Made by a program: the position numbers and the translations under genes. The notes beneath the pieces are model-generated. The model saw only the letters and a list, made by a program, of their open reading frames with translations, had not been told where the DNA came from and searched no databases. From Lama glama (Eukaryota): DNA of 64,000 bases. The stretch covers positions 16,122,001 to 16,186,000 of the forward strand of contig CM052817.1 of NCBI GenBank assembly GCA_028534125.1, read 5' to 3'. Of this stretch, positions 1 through 12,660 are shown piece after piece; the stretch's first letter is position 1; each line of letters starts with the position of its first letter.

Positions 1-381
1 CTCCCACCAGGAGGTGGAGCCTCTTTCCCCTTCAATCTGAACTAGCCTTTGGATTTGCTTTGAACAATCCATTGTGTTAGAAGCAGGCTCGAGAGGTCTG
101 GCATTTTCTGTGCTCCTTCCGCCAAGAGAACGAGCTGTGCTAGCTTGATGGATGGTGAGAGACATATGGCCCAGCCACCCCCATCACTTCAATTGACAGC
201 CTGCAAGCTCCAAGTCAAAGTGCCTAGCTAACAGTCAGCTCACTGCAAATGTGGACATAAACCTAGGTGAGACAAAGTCAAATTAAAGAACCACAGAACT
301 GTGAGCCAAAGAAAAAAGATTGCTATTTATGACCATTAAATTTTGGGGTGGTTTGTTACACCACAAGAGCTGACTGATACA
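1..381 (+). mobile_element. ERVL-MaLR LTR (MLT1-type), 5' truncated by the window edge
   Basis: Typical MLT1 3' end: cacagaactgtgag ... ttttggggtggtttgttacaccacaagagctgactgataca. Confidence 0.8.
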
Positions 382-802
382 GCAGCACTGCTGAAAACAG
401 AGTTCAGAAGTCAAGGCTGTCTCAACTTGCATGTTTTTCATTTGTTACAGAAGAACTAGATTACTTTGTAAGTAAAACATAAATATTGAGGGCAAGAGGC
501 TTAAAGTAACATTAAAAGATGAATTATTTGACTTAAACAATAGGTAGGGGTTAATTATTCCTGCATGAGTGTGTTTCACTACTGGATCCTACTCACCATT
601 CTACCAGGGAGTGATGTCTGACTAGGATTTTCTATGGTTATTGCCCTACTTCTCCAATCTATCAATGCTTCCCCCTACCATGAAAGACTGCATCCACTGT
701 GACTACATGTCCAATTTGAGTTCTGAAAATATAATGATCATGAAAAACTTTTAGCGGCATTTACATACATAACATTACATTTTAAATTAACATTGCATTA
801 GC

Positions 803-1240
803 TCAATATTCTCCAAATCTTATTCATTTACATATCACTTTCACAATCTTTGCTCATCTGCAAACTACCAATATTGTTATTTACTGAGTATTTTTCTTTA
901 AACGAGATTCAAAATGACTCACACTTTTTACTTTGCCTAATCCTAAGGGATAATAATCATGCGATCACTTGTTTCATGAACTAATAATATATTTTTCTAC
1001 ACAATTGTTAAAATAAAAATGCATACATTCAGGGGGAGGGTAGGGTATAGCCCAACTAATAGAGTGCATGCGTAGCATGCACGAGATCCTGGGTTCAATC
1101 CCCAGAACCTCCATTAAGTAAACAAACAAGCAAACAAACTTAATTATCTCCCCCGTTTAAAAAAAAAAAGTAAAATAAATGCATACATTCATCTGTGTAT
1201 CACCTACAATCATCCTGCTCGCTATACTCTGAGAAATACT
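803..1240. mobile_element. Probable hAT-Charlie DNA transposon remnant, interrupted by a SINE
   Basis: Termini resemble cagtgttctccaaa / ctttgagaaacactg (caatattctccaaa ... ctctgagaaatact); AT-rich interior; degenerate. Confidence 0.4.
1032..1176 (+). mobile_element. tRNA-derived SINE, camelid Vic-1-like
   Basis: gggggaggg...tatagccca...agagtgcatgcgtagcatgcacgagatcctgggttcaatcccc (B box), A-rich tail; 15-bp TSD aaatgcatacattca at 1017-1031 and 1177-1191. Confidence 0.9.
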
Positions 1241-2014
1241 ACATGACCCATATTTGACCGACTTCAACTCTTTACCTTTGACTATTAGCTACAGGGGAAG
1301 GGCATCTACAAGGCTTTTATATGCCAAAGGGAAAGCTGATGCAGATGACAATTCCATTGGTCACTTAGTTGACCAACACCATGCCACCTGAAGAAGTCTG
1401 CACAGTGTTCTAGCCCTGGGCCCAACAACCAAATGCTCTTTCATTGGCTCAGCTGAGTTTTTGACTCTTTTCCGGACTCTTGATCTGAATAAGCAACTTG
1501 ATGTAGAGCAGGGTAAATCTCACTCGGCCCTCAGATGGCCTTGAGACCATGAAACTGTTCATTCCCACCCATGAGGACCAGAAGATGGATGTGCAAAAGT
1601 ATCAATATTCCCGATGTCCCACAACATTTTTTTTAATACTTTTGATCCTCGATGTAATTCTTTAAGTAGAAGCATTTAAAGCCGTGATTCCTGCATTATT
1701 TACAACATCAACTCAAAAAATGACCTCTCTGGGACAAAACCAGTTGCTTCTGATTTATCCAAGTAGGTCTCTGCCAGTCCACAATAAACCAGCTTCAGCC
1801 TTGGGAACATATTTTTGCCCCTTCGATTATTGCCCACAAACAGTATCAAGGAAATGCTATAAAACAGAGTGACTATTAATCAAAACAGTAATTAAACTGT
1901 CCCATGATTTCTCTAAGACAGTAGACTTAAGAGAAATGCTAATAGCTAAAAATCACTGTAACCAGGAAGTCTTGACTAATGGATTAGTATCTACAGGAGT
2001 GATCATAGGGAAGC

Positions 2015-2255
2015 GTGTTAAGAGTGAAAAATACAGGTTCAGATCTTCTCTGGGTTGAATACCGACTCTCAGCATCTTGGGTAAATTATTTAGTTTCTCT
2101 TATTAGTTGTTTATTTCCTCCATGTACACATGGTGATAATAATGGTCGTTACCTCATGGGGTTCTTGTGAGGATTATGAGCTAATTCATTCAAAACCTAA
2201 GGGTTCTGAGGAACAAGATCTCACATGTGCTAAGTACTTAACACTAGCTATTACT
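2015..2255 (+). mobile_element. MIR SINE
   Basis: ctgggttgaat...cttgggtaaattattt...ataataatgg...acctcatggggttcttgtgaggatta MIR core. Confidence 0.75.
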
Positions 2256-2289
2256 GTAGGTCATTCAGATAAGTTCTTTTTTATGTCAA

Positions 2290-2850
2290 TATGGGATGTC
2301 TACTTTGGGTGCCAAGGCTCTATCTGGCTCCACACGTTTGCCAGCTCCTTGAAAGAATGTGTACAAATCATGCTGATTAACTATGTACGGGTACCTGAAG
2401 ATAAGAGAGAGAGAGCATACAACAGATGTCAGAATGAAAGTCCTAAGATACCTTGACAAACAGAACCCTGGGCACAGAGCCAAGAAAACTTAATTGAACA
2501 AGGATAAAAGTAAAGTCCCGCATGGTCAACTACAATTGTTGAAGCAGTTGTGAGGAAAACCTTGCTTCATAAAGTCCAGTTGGCCAGTAGCCGATATGTG
2601 CTACCTGGCTGAGACAGAAATGAAGAAAGCCCTTGAGATCTCCAGAAGACAGTATGGAGGCCATTTTCCTGAGAAGGTATGTTTGTTTCCGTGGCCCTCA
2701 GGCTGACAAGATCACTGCTGGTATGTGGTGCTCAGTTCTTGGTCCCACATTTTAAAAGGAATAAGATGAATAGCAGGCTGGAGAAAGTGTAGAAATCAAG
2801 TCACCTGAGAAATAGCTAAGGGTCTTAGGGATATCTCCACTTGAGCAAGA
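2290..2850 (+). mobile_element. L3/CR1 LINE fragment
   Basis: gataaaagtaaagtcccgca and gtgctcagttcttggtcccacattttaaaagg resemble the L3 ORF2 3' region. Confidence 0.6.
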
Positions 2851-2851
2851 G

Positions 2852-3000
2852 AATCAAATCAATCAGTCAGCATTTATAAGCACCAATGAGGTGACAGGCC
2901 AGGGCACCAGGAGTCACACGGTGAACAAGACAGACAGCATCTCTGCCCTCAAAAAGCTTACATCCTAGTGCAGAGAGTGACACAACAAACAAATAATCAA
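2852..3000 (-). mobile_element. L2 LINE 3' end
   Basis: aatcaatcagtcagcatttataagcacc...gtgaacaagacagac...ctctgccctcaaaaagcttacatcctagt. Confidence 0.75.
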
Positions 3001-3074
3001 AGAAAGAGCAAAAATGACCTCGGGCGAAAAGCGCTGCAAGGAAAATAGCTTATGTGATGCCTTTCTATGGAAAT

Positions 3075-3140
3075 AAGGAGAAAATATGTTAGATGTAAAG
3101 CATTTCTCAAAGTGCCTGGCACATAGTGAATGCTGGTAGT
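3075..3140 (+). mobile_element. MIR 3' fragment
   Basis: atgtaaagcatttctcaaagtgcctggcacatagtgaatgct. Confidence 0.65.
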
Positions 3141-3159
3141 ACCATCAACAATAACAAGG

Positions 3160-3390
3160 GCAAATATTTCTGCAGCACTCACTGAGTGCTAGACACTGCT
3201 CTAAGCACCTTGCATGCATTAAGTCATCTCTGTCGGGTAGGCATCCTTATCACCCCATTTCATAGGTAAAGACACCGAGGCACAGGGCACTTAGTAAGAT
3301 GCCTACGATCACACTGGGTACACGCTAGTGAGATCCAGGCTCTGGAGCAGGCAGCCTGGCTCCAAAGCCTAGGCTCTTGGCTGCTATGCC
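3160..3390 (-). mobile_element. MIR SINE
   Basis: cactgctctaagcacc...ccccatttcataggtaaagacaccgaggcacag...cagcctggctccaaagcc. Confidence 0.8.
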
Positions 3391-4129
3391 TTCCAGGTAC
3401 TGAAGGATCATCTCATCATCTCATCATCTCATCAAAACGAAGTGTCTACGTTCTGAGGTGGACCAGGGCACAGAAATAGAACCATAGTCAGGGAGTTCCT
3501 TTAAGGTTTTGAAAAAGACCCTTGTGAATATCAATCAACAAATGGTCCTCGGATATGGGCATATTTCCTGCATCCTGGTAGGCATGAGACTGGTGAAAAC
3601 AACACGTTTATATTCAGAACAGACTTGCAGCAAATGGAGCAGCGTTCCTGTGATATAAAATAATCTTGTGGACGCTGGTTTTCCCTCCTCTCTCAGCTCG
3701 TTCATCCTCCCTTCAATGACCTTGTTACCTATATCAGGAACATCTGATCTTGAAAAGGATCTGCTTGTGATAAAAGGAAAAATGCAAGATGCAACTTAGT
3801 GCCTTGCCCAGTGGAGATGTTTTTTTAATGAATCTTACAGGAGTCTAGTTTCTGGGAAATGATCAGTTTGCAAGTTGAAGAAAAGGTATAAAACTTGGTG
3901 TTTGCAAGGCCTGGTGTGAAAAATACTTACTTACAAAAAAAAATACCTGCTGAATCTTTCTTTGCTGCATTCCTAAAATAATGCACTTCCTCAACATCTT
4001 GTGTCCGACCTTCTTAGTTGCACATCTGTCCTCTGCCGTCATTAGAGGAAGCGTGGAGTTGTAAAAGTATTGCTAAGTTACCTGGAATTGGTGATGCAAA
4101 TTCTAGGAAGCCAATGGACAATAACAACA

Positions 4130-4270
4130 ACAATAATAGTACCGAACAGTTATTGAACATAACAATGTGTTTGGCACTGTTCTATGTCTATCACTTGGAG
4201 TTTGGTACTTTCATTATCCCCAATTTGGAAATTAGGAAACTGATTTCTTAAGGAGAATATGTAAATTTAC
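4130..4270 (-). mobile_element. MIR fragment
   Basis: ttattgaaca...ggcactgttcta...attatccccaatttggaaattaggaaactga. Confidence 0.6.
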
Positions 4271-6189
4271 CAGAAAAAAAAAGAATATTCTATTTTCTGG
4301 TGAGAAAACAGATGGTCCAGCGGTGAGCACTGAACTATATTTTTTCCTTCTCACCTCCCAGGGGTCTTTAAAGACCTCTGAAACTAACATTGAAGATGTG
4401 TTGGAGAAATTAATCTGCTATTTTTACCAGGTGTTTAGTCCATACCTAGTGTAGGAGATCTCTTCATTTTGCAACACCCAATCCCATCAGGTTGCCAGAG
4501 GCAGATGGGATACCTCCCCAGGACCTAGCTTGCACATAGCAGGTGCTCAGGAAATACCTGCTGGTTGATTAGTTTCCTCCTCTGGGCCCAGCCTCAGCCT
4601 GGGGCAGATGAGAACGAGGATGCTGTCCTTGGTGCTGGTGATAAATTTCTTTCCTTATTCACCATCTCTTTCTTTTTCTTTTCTGTCCTTCAGAGCCCAT
4701 TTGAAATTCCACATGGCTCAGGAAACACAGAAGGAGGTACTGAATCCCAGTCTGACTCCCAGCTAAAATACTTTTCTAGGGTCAAGAAACAGCTTTTCCC
4801 CAGGAAAACAAAATGATGAGGAAGGAGAGAGTGATGAGAAGAGGCAGAAGGAAAAGGAAAATGAATAGAGAAAAGAAAGAAAAAGAACGGGATGGGAAAA
4901 GGAGAATTAGAGACAAGAGAGCTATGTTCCTCTCCATCCTGTCTCGGTGATACTATGAGCTTCTTGAAAGGCACTGTTTTCTGAGAAGAGGATTTTTTTC
5001 ACAGTCTAACAGGTGTGGAGGCTTAATTATTATTTTAACAGTGTGTTCAAGAAAAGTACAGACACTGATCTATACAATTATTCTCCTCAGATACAGACAT
5101 TTGCCTCTGTTTTCACACATATAAAATGAAATCATCAGATGTACCAAATGTTGACATTTTCCCTCATGAAATACCAGATATTTCCTGAAACTTGGGTAAT
5201 TATGTCCTTCACCATCCTCCACACACATGCACACACACACAAAAACCCCTCAGCCTGTCACAATATAATTCCCAAGTCGTTAAAATTCTTAAGTCATATA
5301 CTTGAGAAACCGAGAGAAATTGAGAAAAACCAAGAAGTAGGTGATTTTTCTCATCTTAAAACTGAAGACCAGATCAGGCTCATATTTACAAAGCAAACCT
5401 TGGAATTCTCCAAAAGAGCTAGGATAAGCGTGTCTCCAGAACTCCAGAAACACTCATCGATGAAACTGCAGTCTTCTGAACACATGTAACCCCCGTCCTC
5501 TCAAAGGCAGTGACATCAGCATAGTGTTTCTTTCCTCACCAGCCCAAGAAGCAAGGGAAAGCAGCCGCCAACTTTCAGTTCAAAGATTAGCTCTTTGTAT
5601 GGGTGATTTATTACATGTTTATAGCTGGAGAGAACAGACTTTTTTTTCCAGTTGAGAATATTGCTTTCTTTCAGGGCTTTGGAATTTTTACCTTCCCCCT
5701 CTCCTTTAAAGAAGCAAAAGCATTAAATGTATGAGGAATCATCCCTGGGCCAGATTCTGTTTATAGATATTTGGGGGATGGGGAGAAATGGAAACATTTC
5801 CTAAACCAGTCGTTGTTTACTCAGCCAGTTCAATTTGAATGTTCATGAATTTGCAGTGTGTTGATACTCCTGCCAAACATATCAATTATCAGACTGTGGG
5901 CAGATTGGGACCTTCAGCCCCACATAAGGCAGAGAGAAGGCAGGAGAAAGAGGTGGGAGAGAGGGAGAGATGGTGAGGAAGAGCAAGAGAGAGATAAGAG
6001 AGACACATGAATAGAGACAGACAGGCAGATGGAGTGGAGGCACACACGGTGCCAAATGCCTCAGAATGCAAAGAGGACCCTTCTGTGCAACCATTAAGTT
6101 AGAGTCAAAACACCTCAGAATGAGTACTTGGGCTTCAAATAACCCCACCTGTCGCCCCCTATATCCGTGCTTCATGAGAAAGATCGCCC

Positions 6190-6420
6190 AGTTAGCAAGG
6201 CTATTGAATCAGACACCTGGGTGGAGACCCACCATTTGCCACAGGCTCATGCCACATGTGACCTTGGGTAGTTTATTCACATTCTCTGTGTCCTCAGTGT
6301 CTGCGAATAGAGCCCATCTAGTAGAGCTGTTGGAATGATTAAATGAGCATAAATGCCGACAAAGGACCTAGAACAGTGCCTGGCACACGGGAAGGAAGGA
6401 CTCAATAAACATTCCGTTAC
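6190..6420 (+). mobile_element. MIR SINE
   Basis: gaatcagacacctgggt...tgtgaccttgggtagttt...gattaaatgag...agaacagtgcctggcaca...ctcaataaa. Confidence 0.8.
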
Positions 6421-6901
6421 TCACACCTAATCATTATACTATCGTGTCTGAAGGTAGGTTGCAAAGAGGTTGCTACCCAGTGGGACCCCCTTGGAGCAGG
6501 TGCTCCTTTGGGTGGGTGCATGATGGCTCTTCTAATCCATTCAGCGTCACTGGTCAGCAAAACCACAGGCGGGACTGCCAAGGAAAGACAGCCGCTAATT
6601 GCCAGAAAAAACTTGTGCAGCTGCTATGACCACTGAAGTTGCTTCTGCATGTGCAGCTAGAGGTGATTTCCAGATGAGCATCTATTTGTAGAAAACTTAT
6701 GGTGCCTTTTCTTTAAATACACCTGTTTTTTCACTGCCAAACATTGCACCACCTAGAGTGCAGACAGTGCAACTGCAGCTCCCATTGTCTCAAAGGACTT
6801 TGTTGTTTTAGGGCAATAAGATCCCATGAATACTAGTCCTCTTTGCCTATGCAACTTCAGATGATGTCACTTGTCAACTGCAAATGCCATCGTTGAGTCA
6901 A

Positions 6902-6965
6902 GATGATGATGGTGATGGTGGTAGTGGTGATGATGATGATGATGGTGGTGGTGTACTGATGATGG
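6902..6965. repeat. (GAT/GGT)n imperfect trinucleotide microsatellite at a MIR tail
   Basis: gatgatgatggtgatggtggtagtggtgatgatgatgatgatggtggtggtg. Confidence 0.9.
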
Positions 6966-7145
6966 CTAACGTTTATTGAGCACTCTCCGTGAGCTGGCAC
7001 TTCTCTACATGCTTTACCTAGATTATCCCATTTACTTCTCATGACCACCCTAGGAGATGGGTAGCCTTGTTTATACCCATTTAAATAGACAGGGAAACTG
7101 TGGTGCTGAAGAGTTAGAAATCTTGGCCACGGTCATACAGCAGGT
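6965..7145 (-). mobile_element. MIR SINE
   Basis: tttattgagcact...acccatttaaatagacagggaaactgtgg...ggtcatacagc. Confidence 0.8.
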
Positions 7146-7199
7146 AACTCCAGAATCTTCATTCTTCATGCTACCTCTAAAATTATCTAATAGAAAAAT

Positions 7200-7385
7200 C
7201 ACTGGTTTGGGATTCAGGAAATCCAGTTGTTGGTTCTGGTTCTGCCCAACTACCTTTGCATCTGTTTAACTAACCTGGCTTAAGTCACTTTGCCCCTTTG
7301 TTTTCAGTACCTTCTTCTAAGGAAGAGAATCTTTTCCAGTAAATGTCTGCTAAGGTCTCTTTCAGACCAATAGTTGTATGATTTA
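7200..7385 (+). mobile_element. MIR3/MIRc-type SINE
   Basis: aagtcactttgcccc...ctaaggtctctttcagaccaatagttgtatgattt tail. Confidence 0.55.
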
Positions 7386-7900
7386 TTCTTTCATCTGGTA
7401 AATAATCATTGGGGACTAGGCATCTACTACAGTATAGGCACTGGATTGGTCCTTATGCAGCAGAGATTAAAAAAAATCAGATATGCTGCCTACCTTTCTG
7501 GAGCTCACAGTCTAGAAGAGGATAATGGTAAGTAAGCACACAAGTAAATATATAATCACAAATTTTTATCAGTGCCCTAAGGGACAAGTACCAGGGTCCC
7601 ATGAAAGAGAGTAACGTGAAGAACCATATTTAGATTGAGGGATCTTTTGCGGATGTGATATTTAAAATAAGGACTGCAAGATAGCAGAGGTTGGTTAGGT
7701 TAAGTGTGCAAGAAAGGTATTCCAGGTTGAGGAAGCAGTACATGCAAAGGCCTGACATGGGAGAAAATACACTGTATTTCGGGAACTGAGAAAAGGCAAC
7801 CATAGCTAAGACATAGTGAGTAGGGGAGAAAAGTGGTACCAGATAGGTCTAGTGAGGCAGGCAAGGGGCAGACCACTGGGGTCTTTGTCCATCCATGGGG
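7385..7900 (-). mobile_element. L2 LINE
   Basis: ggagctcacagtctag...gtattccaggttgaggaagcagtacatgcaaaggcctga. Confidence 0.75.
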
Positions 7901-8144
7901 GAAATAGAGAAAAGAAGGGAAGAAAATGGACAACTACCCGCATAATTCAAGTTTCCAATACTGCCTCAAAAATTGACCTGAGTGATCCAAATAGCTATTT
8001 GGATTCTCCATTTCACTCTGCACATGTAGACAGAACAGCGAACCCACAAAGAAGTTCCACTGCACCCTGAGAAAGCCCTAGCTAAGGGTGTTAGCCTACC
8101 CTCTGGCAAGCATTTGGTAATTGTCCTCTTTAGACTGCCAGGTC

Positions 8145-8400
8145 ATTCTAATGTCACCTCTTCCAGGAAGCCTTCTCCAATTGTCTCTCTTACAAGTAAG
8201 CACTCACTCCTTTGACTACTTATAGTTCCTGCATCCTCCCTGCATTGATGGTTAGCTTACTCTGACTTGCATTCACAATCCATTTGCTAGGTGGTAAGCA
8301 CCTTGAGAACAGAGGCTGACTTAGTCAAAGGTCTCCTTGCTGGCACCTGGCACAGTGGCTGCACAGAAGAGACCCTCACGTTTCATGCATTTAGTTTAAC
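8145..8400 (+). mobile_element. L2 LINE 3' part
   Basis: atgtcacctcttccaggaagccttctcc...cttgagaacagagg...gcacctggcacagtggctgcacag. Confidence 0.7.
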
Positions 8401-8899
8401 AGATTTAATCATCTGTATCCCTAACTCTTCCACTGCCTCCTATACTCAGTCCCTACCAGCCCGCCCTGAGCACCCATCAAATGATTTCACCAGACAGTGC
8501 TGGTCTTCCACCATTTCTCAGCAGCCTCGTCCCAAGCACACCTGCTCTGTATCCCATTTCTTCAAGGCTCTGCTACTCCTGCTAGGTTACAAGGGAAGGA
8601 AATTTGTTGATCCAATAAACAAATCCTTGCTAACACAGTACCTCGCTGAGGAGGTTCCCTCCCAGGTAACTTCACATCATAATCCAATCAAAACACCCAG
8701 AGTTACAGAGACTTGTAAGAATTGTGAACCCCTGGCCAGTATGGGTCCTCTACTGCAGGCCAGTCTTTGGTAAATTCACAACAGTTGAATTGTTACCAAC
8801 TCCACTCATGGATACAACTGGCCTGTAATTAATCTCAGGAAAATAAAAAAAAAATAATAATTATCTTCATTATTTTCCTGAACCTCTACTAACTCCCAG

Positions 8900-9050
8900 G
8901 TTCTAATCCCTTCCAAGCCCTGTAAGTTGGGTTTTATTAGCCCCACTTTACAAAGGGGGAGATAGTCTCAAAGAGATGAAGTGACTTCTGCATGCCATGC
9001 CGTGGGAATCCCAAGGCAGGATTCAGCTGCTCATCTCTGTAACCTGGGCC
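8900..9050 (-). mobile_element. MIR fragment
   Basis: ttattagccccactttacaaaggggga...agagatgaagtgactt. Confidence 0.6.
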
Positions 9051-9559
9051 TGTTCTACTCTGCCTCTTCATGCCTCTAGAAATAAGAGAAGACTATGGCC
9101 AGTGGCCAGCCCCTATTCTCTTCTCCAGCTCAGCATATTTCCCGCTGCTGGTGGAAAGTGATGAACAGCTGCACATCCTCAAGAGGAAGATCAGCCTGCC
9201 TTTCATTGGAAAAAGAGCTTCCCGATGAAAATTGCAAGAGGAGCCTACGTGGCTCCCAACACTGCCCCCTTCTGTGAAACAGGGCAGCGCAGGGATCCCC
9301 CAGATGCCATGAGATGAACAGATCCCACCGCTGCTGGGTGAAGAAAGCTTGGTGTGTTTAGAGTGGACAAGAGGCAGGTCTCCACAGTTTTCAACCCCAA
9401 CCCGTGACATTAACAAATGCTGAAAGAGTCACATTACCCGATGACCATGAACAAAGAATTGAGCTGCCTGTGTTCTTTGAGCAGAAGTTACAACTCATCT
9501 AAATGGGGTCAACTTCAGCCTGAACATGAATGAGGGAAGGGAAATAGCATCCCAGAGGA

Positions 9560-9770
9560 ACCTGGTACTGGGCTAGGCATTTTACATACCTGCTCTTTGA
9601 ACTGCCTTCAGAGAAGAAGCATTAACTAGAGTCTGACTGGGCAGAAAAGTAAACTGAAGCTCAGGGAGGTGATTTTCAAGGGATGACACAGCCAGCAAGT
9701 GGCAGATTTTGGATCCACAGCAGGGTCTGTCTCACTCCCAGGCTGATGCTTTTTCCATTACACCACAATG
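9560..9770 (-). mobile_element. MIR fragment
   Basis: aaactgaagctcagggaggt...acacagccagcaagtggcaga...gctttttccattacaccac. Confidence 0.65.
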
Positions 9771-9950
9771 TCTCGCCTTTGCATGCTTTCTGAACTCCAT
9801 TTGTTGTGATTTTCAGCTGCTTGGATGGATCGCATACTTGGAAATCCACCAAAAGCAGATCCTACATCTTTAGCAATCCACGTAAACACTAGGACAAATT
9901 CCAACCATCTTTTAAAACAAGGGAACTCTCTGGCCAGAGTAATGGGGCTT

Positions 9951-9990
9951 TAAAAAAAAAAAGAAAAAGAAAGAAAAGAAAAGAAAAGAA
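9951..9990. repeat. A-rich / (GAAAA)n microsatellite
   Basis: aaaaaaaaaaagaaaaagaaagaaaagaaaagaaaagaa. Confidence 0.85.
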
Positions 9991-10459
9991 TAGGAGAAAG
10001 GCAAAAAGTAATTTGCAGAGGAGGCCCGTGTGATTCGGATGGGTGTGGGTGGCCAAAGCTGGCACAGATATTATCACAGCTCATCAAGAGAACAATGAAG
10101 CCATAACTCCAACTTCTGAAGAATGCTATTCATCCCCTCAACAACGACTTCTGAGTGTCTCGTTTGAACATAGCACAGAACTGTGGGAAGGACAGAGGAG
10201 CAAAAAGCTTGGGTCCAACCCAAAGGGAGTGCACAACACTCACATTCAGGTTCCCTGAGACACAGGAAAATGTGCAACGGACTGCAGAATATTACATCTC
10301 TCAGACACACTTAGAAAGATACTTCCTCCCCTGTCTCTAAGCTTTGATGTTTGGTCCACGTCTCCAATAGGACTTCTTCCTTATTCCCCCTTCTTTCTTT
10401 CATACTCCTCTAGTCCTATGTCCTTACCTCTCTGGTGGAGTGCGCAGGGCATTGGAAAA

Positions 10460-10660
10460 TACGCTGTCCTGGAGATAAAAAACTGTGTCCATCCAGGGCT
10501 GCCATCTTCGAGCTATGTGACCTTGGACCAGTCTTCATGTCTCCCAAACCTCTACTTCCTCATCAGTAAAAGAAATGCAACAATCCCTACGTCACGGGTT
10601 ATGTGAGGATTAACTGAGCTAATAATAGATGAAAGTCCTTTGAAAATAGCAAACTGCTAA
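10460..10660 (+). mobile_element. MIR SINE
   Basis: agctatgtgaccttggaccagtc...ttcctcatcagtaaaa...gggttatgtgaggattaactgag. Confidence 0.75.
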
Positions 10661-12623
10661 GGAAAAAAGATTCGTTTTACCACCAATGCTAAGATTTATT
10701 CGATTATTATGTTAATGGTTAATATTCAGCTGAACAGAAAACCCTGCCAATTGGCCGTCATTCTTTCTGGTTTTCCTTGGGCAAAGGCTGGCTAAGCAAA
10801 AAAGAAAAGCCAAACAAAGAACACTACTTTGTGAATTCTTCCCCAAAAGGACAGCATTGTAAGTCTGCCGTGAATAAAGAGTGTAAATTATATTCAGCAT
10901 GATATAAGTAATGACATATCAATTAACTGTGTCAACAAGGTCTAAAAATATGCAAATTACTGTACTTCAATTAGAAAAATCTACATCCTTAGAGAATATT
11001 GTAAATCAGGAAATTTGGGAGACATTAAGAGTAATCAGCGAGGGAAAGCATGTACTTTTTGCTGTATCCTATTTTTATACATACATAATGAAATAATTAT
11101 AGCTACTACACTGTATTTATGCCTCTGCAAAAATATTAAAATCTTAAGATCTTTACAATGATAAGTTAAATCTGTATTATGTTTTCAGACAACATTAATT
11201 ATAAGAAAAAGAAATCTATTATCATTCAATATAAGTAAGTTGAAACTAATTTGGACATGCAAATTAGAAATGCTGATTTTTCTCAGCACCAGAACGTTAG
11301 AAAAGAGAAAGCAAGAAGAGACAGCTAGATCAGTTACTGAGTCTAGAAATGCCAAAGCTTTAGTGTATTTAAGTCGTAATGCAAATTTAAGAGTGTTTAG
11401 TAACTTTTCTCAAAAATATCAAACTACTCGATTTTTTCCATTTTTAGAGGACTTCCTGGTTTGCTTTGTTTAAAATGCATTAATCTCTCTGTTTGGGATG
11501 TATTTCCCCTTACCTGAGCCTTCCTGTAGCTGTAACTCCCAAACAGACTACGAGAGGCAAGGCTGGGAATGTATAAAGTCATGCTAGTTTTCAATGACTG
11601 GGATATTCACCACAGTTAACAGAGGAGTGCTGCCTTTGCTTTGAAATTCAATTAGCATCAATTCCAGAGATGGCCAGGAATGCAAGGGAAAAGGACACAG
11701 AACTCAGTCAGCAGCCCCCCAGCTCTCCCTGGCCTTCCAGAGAAGCGCATCCCCGTGGGCACATCCTGCAATGAGACTCCTTGGGGACTGATGGGTTTTA
11801 CCCTAATTGCAAACTGTACGAGGTTTCATCAGGACCTGAAAATTCTGACTCCATGATTCTTTCCTTCGAAGTTTCCACACCCTGCCTCCTTTCCACATGG
11901 AAGGATGCCATTCATGTTTTAGGACACAGAGTTCAATATCATCTTTTATAAAATCTATCCCAACAATTCCAGGCTGAGTCACTCCCAGCCCTAGCTTCAC
12001 GAAGCCTGGGTCATGCTGACTCTTCGTGTTGTCACCCAGGCTAGGAGCTCCGCGAGGGCAGCTATCGGTTTGCTGTGTTCGTGCTCCAGGAGGCACGGGG
12101 ACTCCTGCAAAGCAGTGGCTCAAGAGCACACTGACAAACAAAGGGAAGGAAGAAGACTGGGCAACTCTACTAAGAAGAATATATTTTCTCAGTGCTAAGT
12201 ACAGAAGCTTTCATTAAAGCACCCAGCACTGATTTCAACTCTTCCCTTGGTTAAACCAACCAAATAACTAGAGTTCGAGCTGGTTTAATGAAAAAAATAG
12301 GGAAGAAGGTGAAGTTTGCTTTCACCCTTAGCATCTCTTTTTCTATTCTCCAACCTCACTTCTCCCATCAACTGCCAAGAGATTTCCACTTTTCTCATGC
12401 TTTTATTTCCCTGCCCTCATCTAAGTCTGCTTCCCTGGAAAACATCTAAAATTGCTTACAGGAAGTGGCAAAGTTTCCTCCAGCTCCCCTTCCAGGAGTT
12501 TTGTCTTGAACATTGAATAAAATGTTATGTCAAAAGAACCAAGATCTAACAGAGGAATTCCAGACACCGGTGGACTAGGGAGTAAGGTACATTTCTAGTC
12601 TTCCCCTAGCAAATGCAAACGTG

Positions 12624-12660
12624 CACACACACACACAAACACACACACACGCATACACAC
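12624..12660. repeat. Imperfect (CA)n microsatellite
   Basis: cacacacacacacaaacacacacacacgcatacacac. Confidence 0.9.

Noticed and set aside
1032..1110. tRNA-like sequence with a B box
   Set aside because: It is the head of a SINE (TSD, A-rich tail, second copy at 27 kb), not a tRNA gene.
8291..8773. 160-aa ORF
   Set aside because: GTG start inside an L2 tail; no recognisable protein or splice structure.
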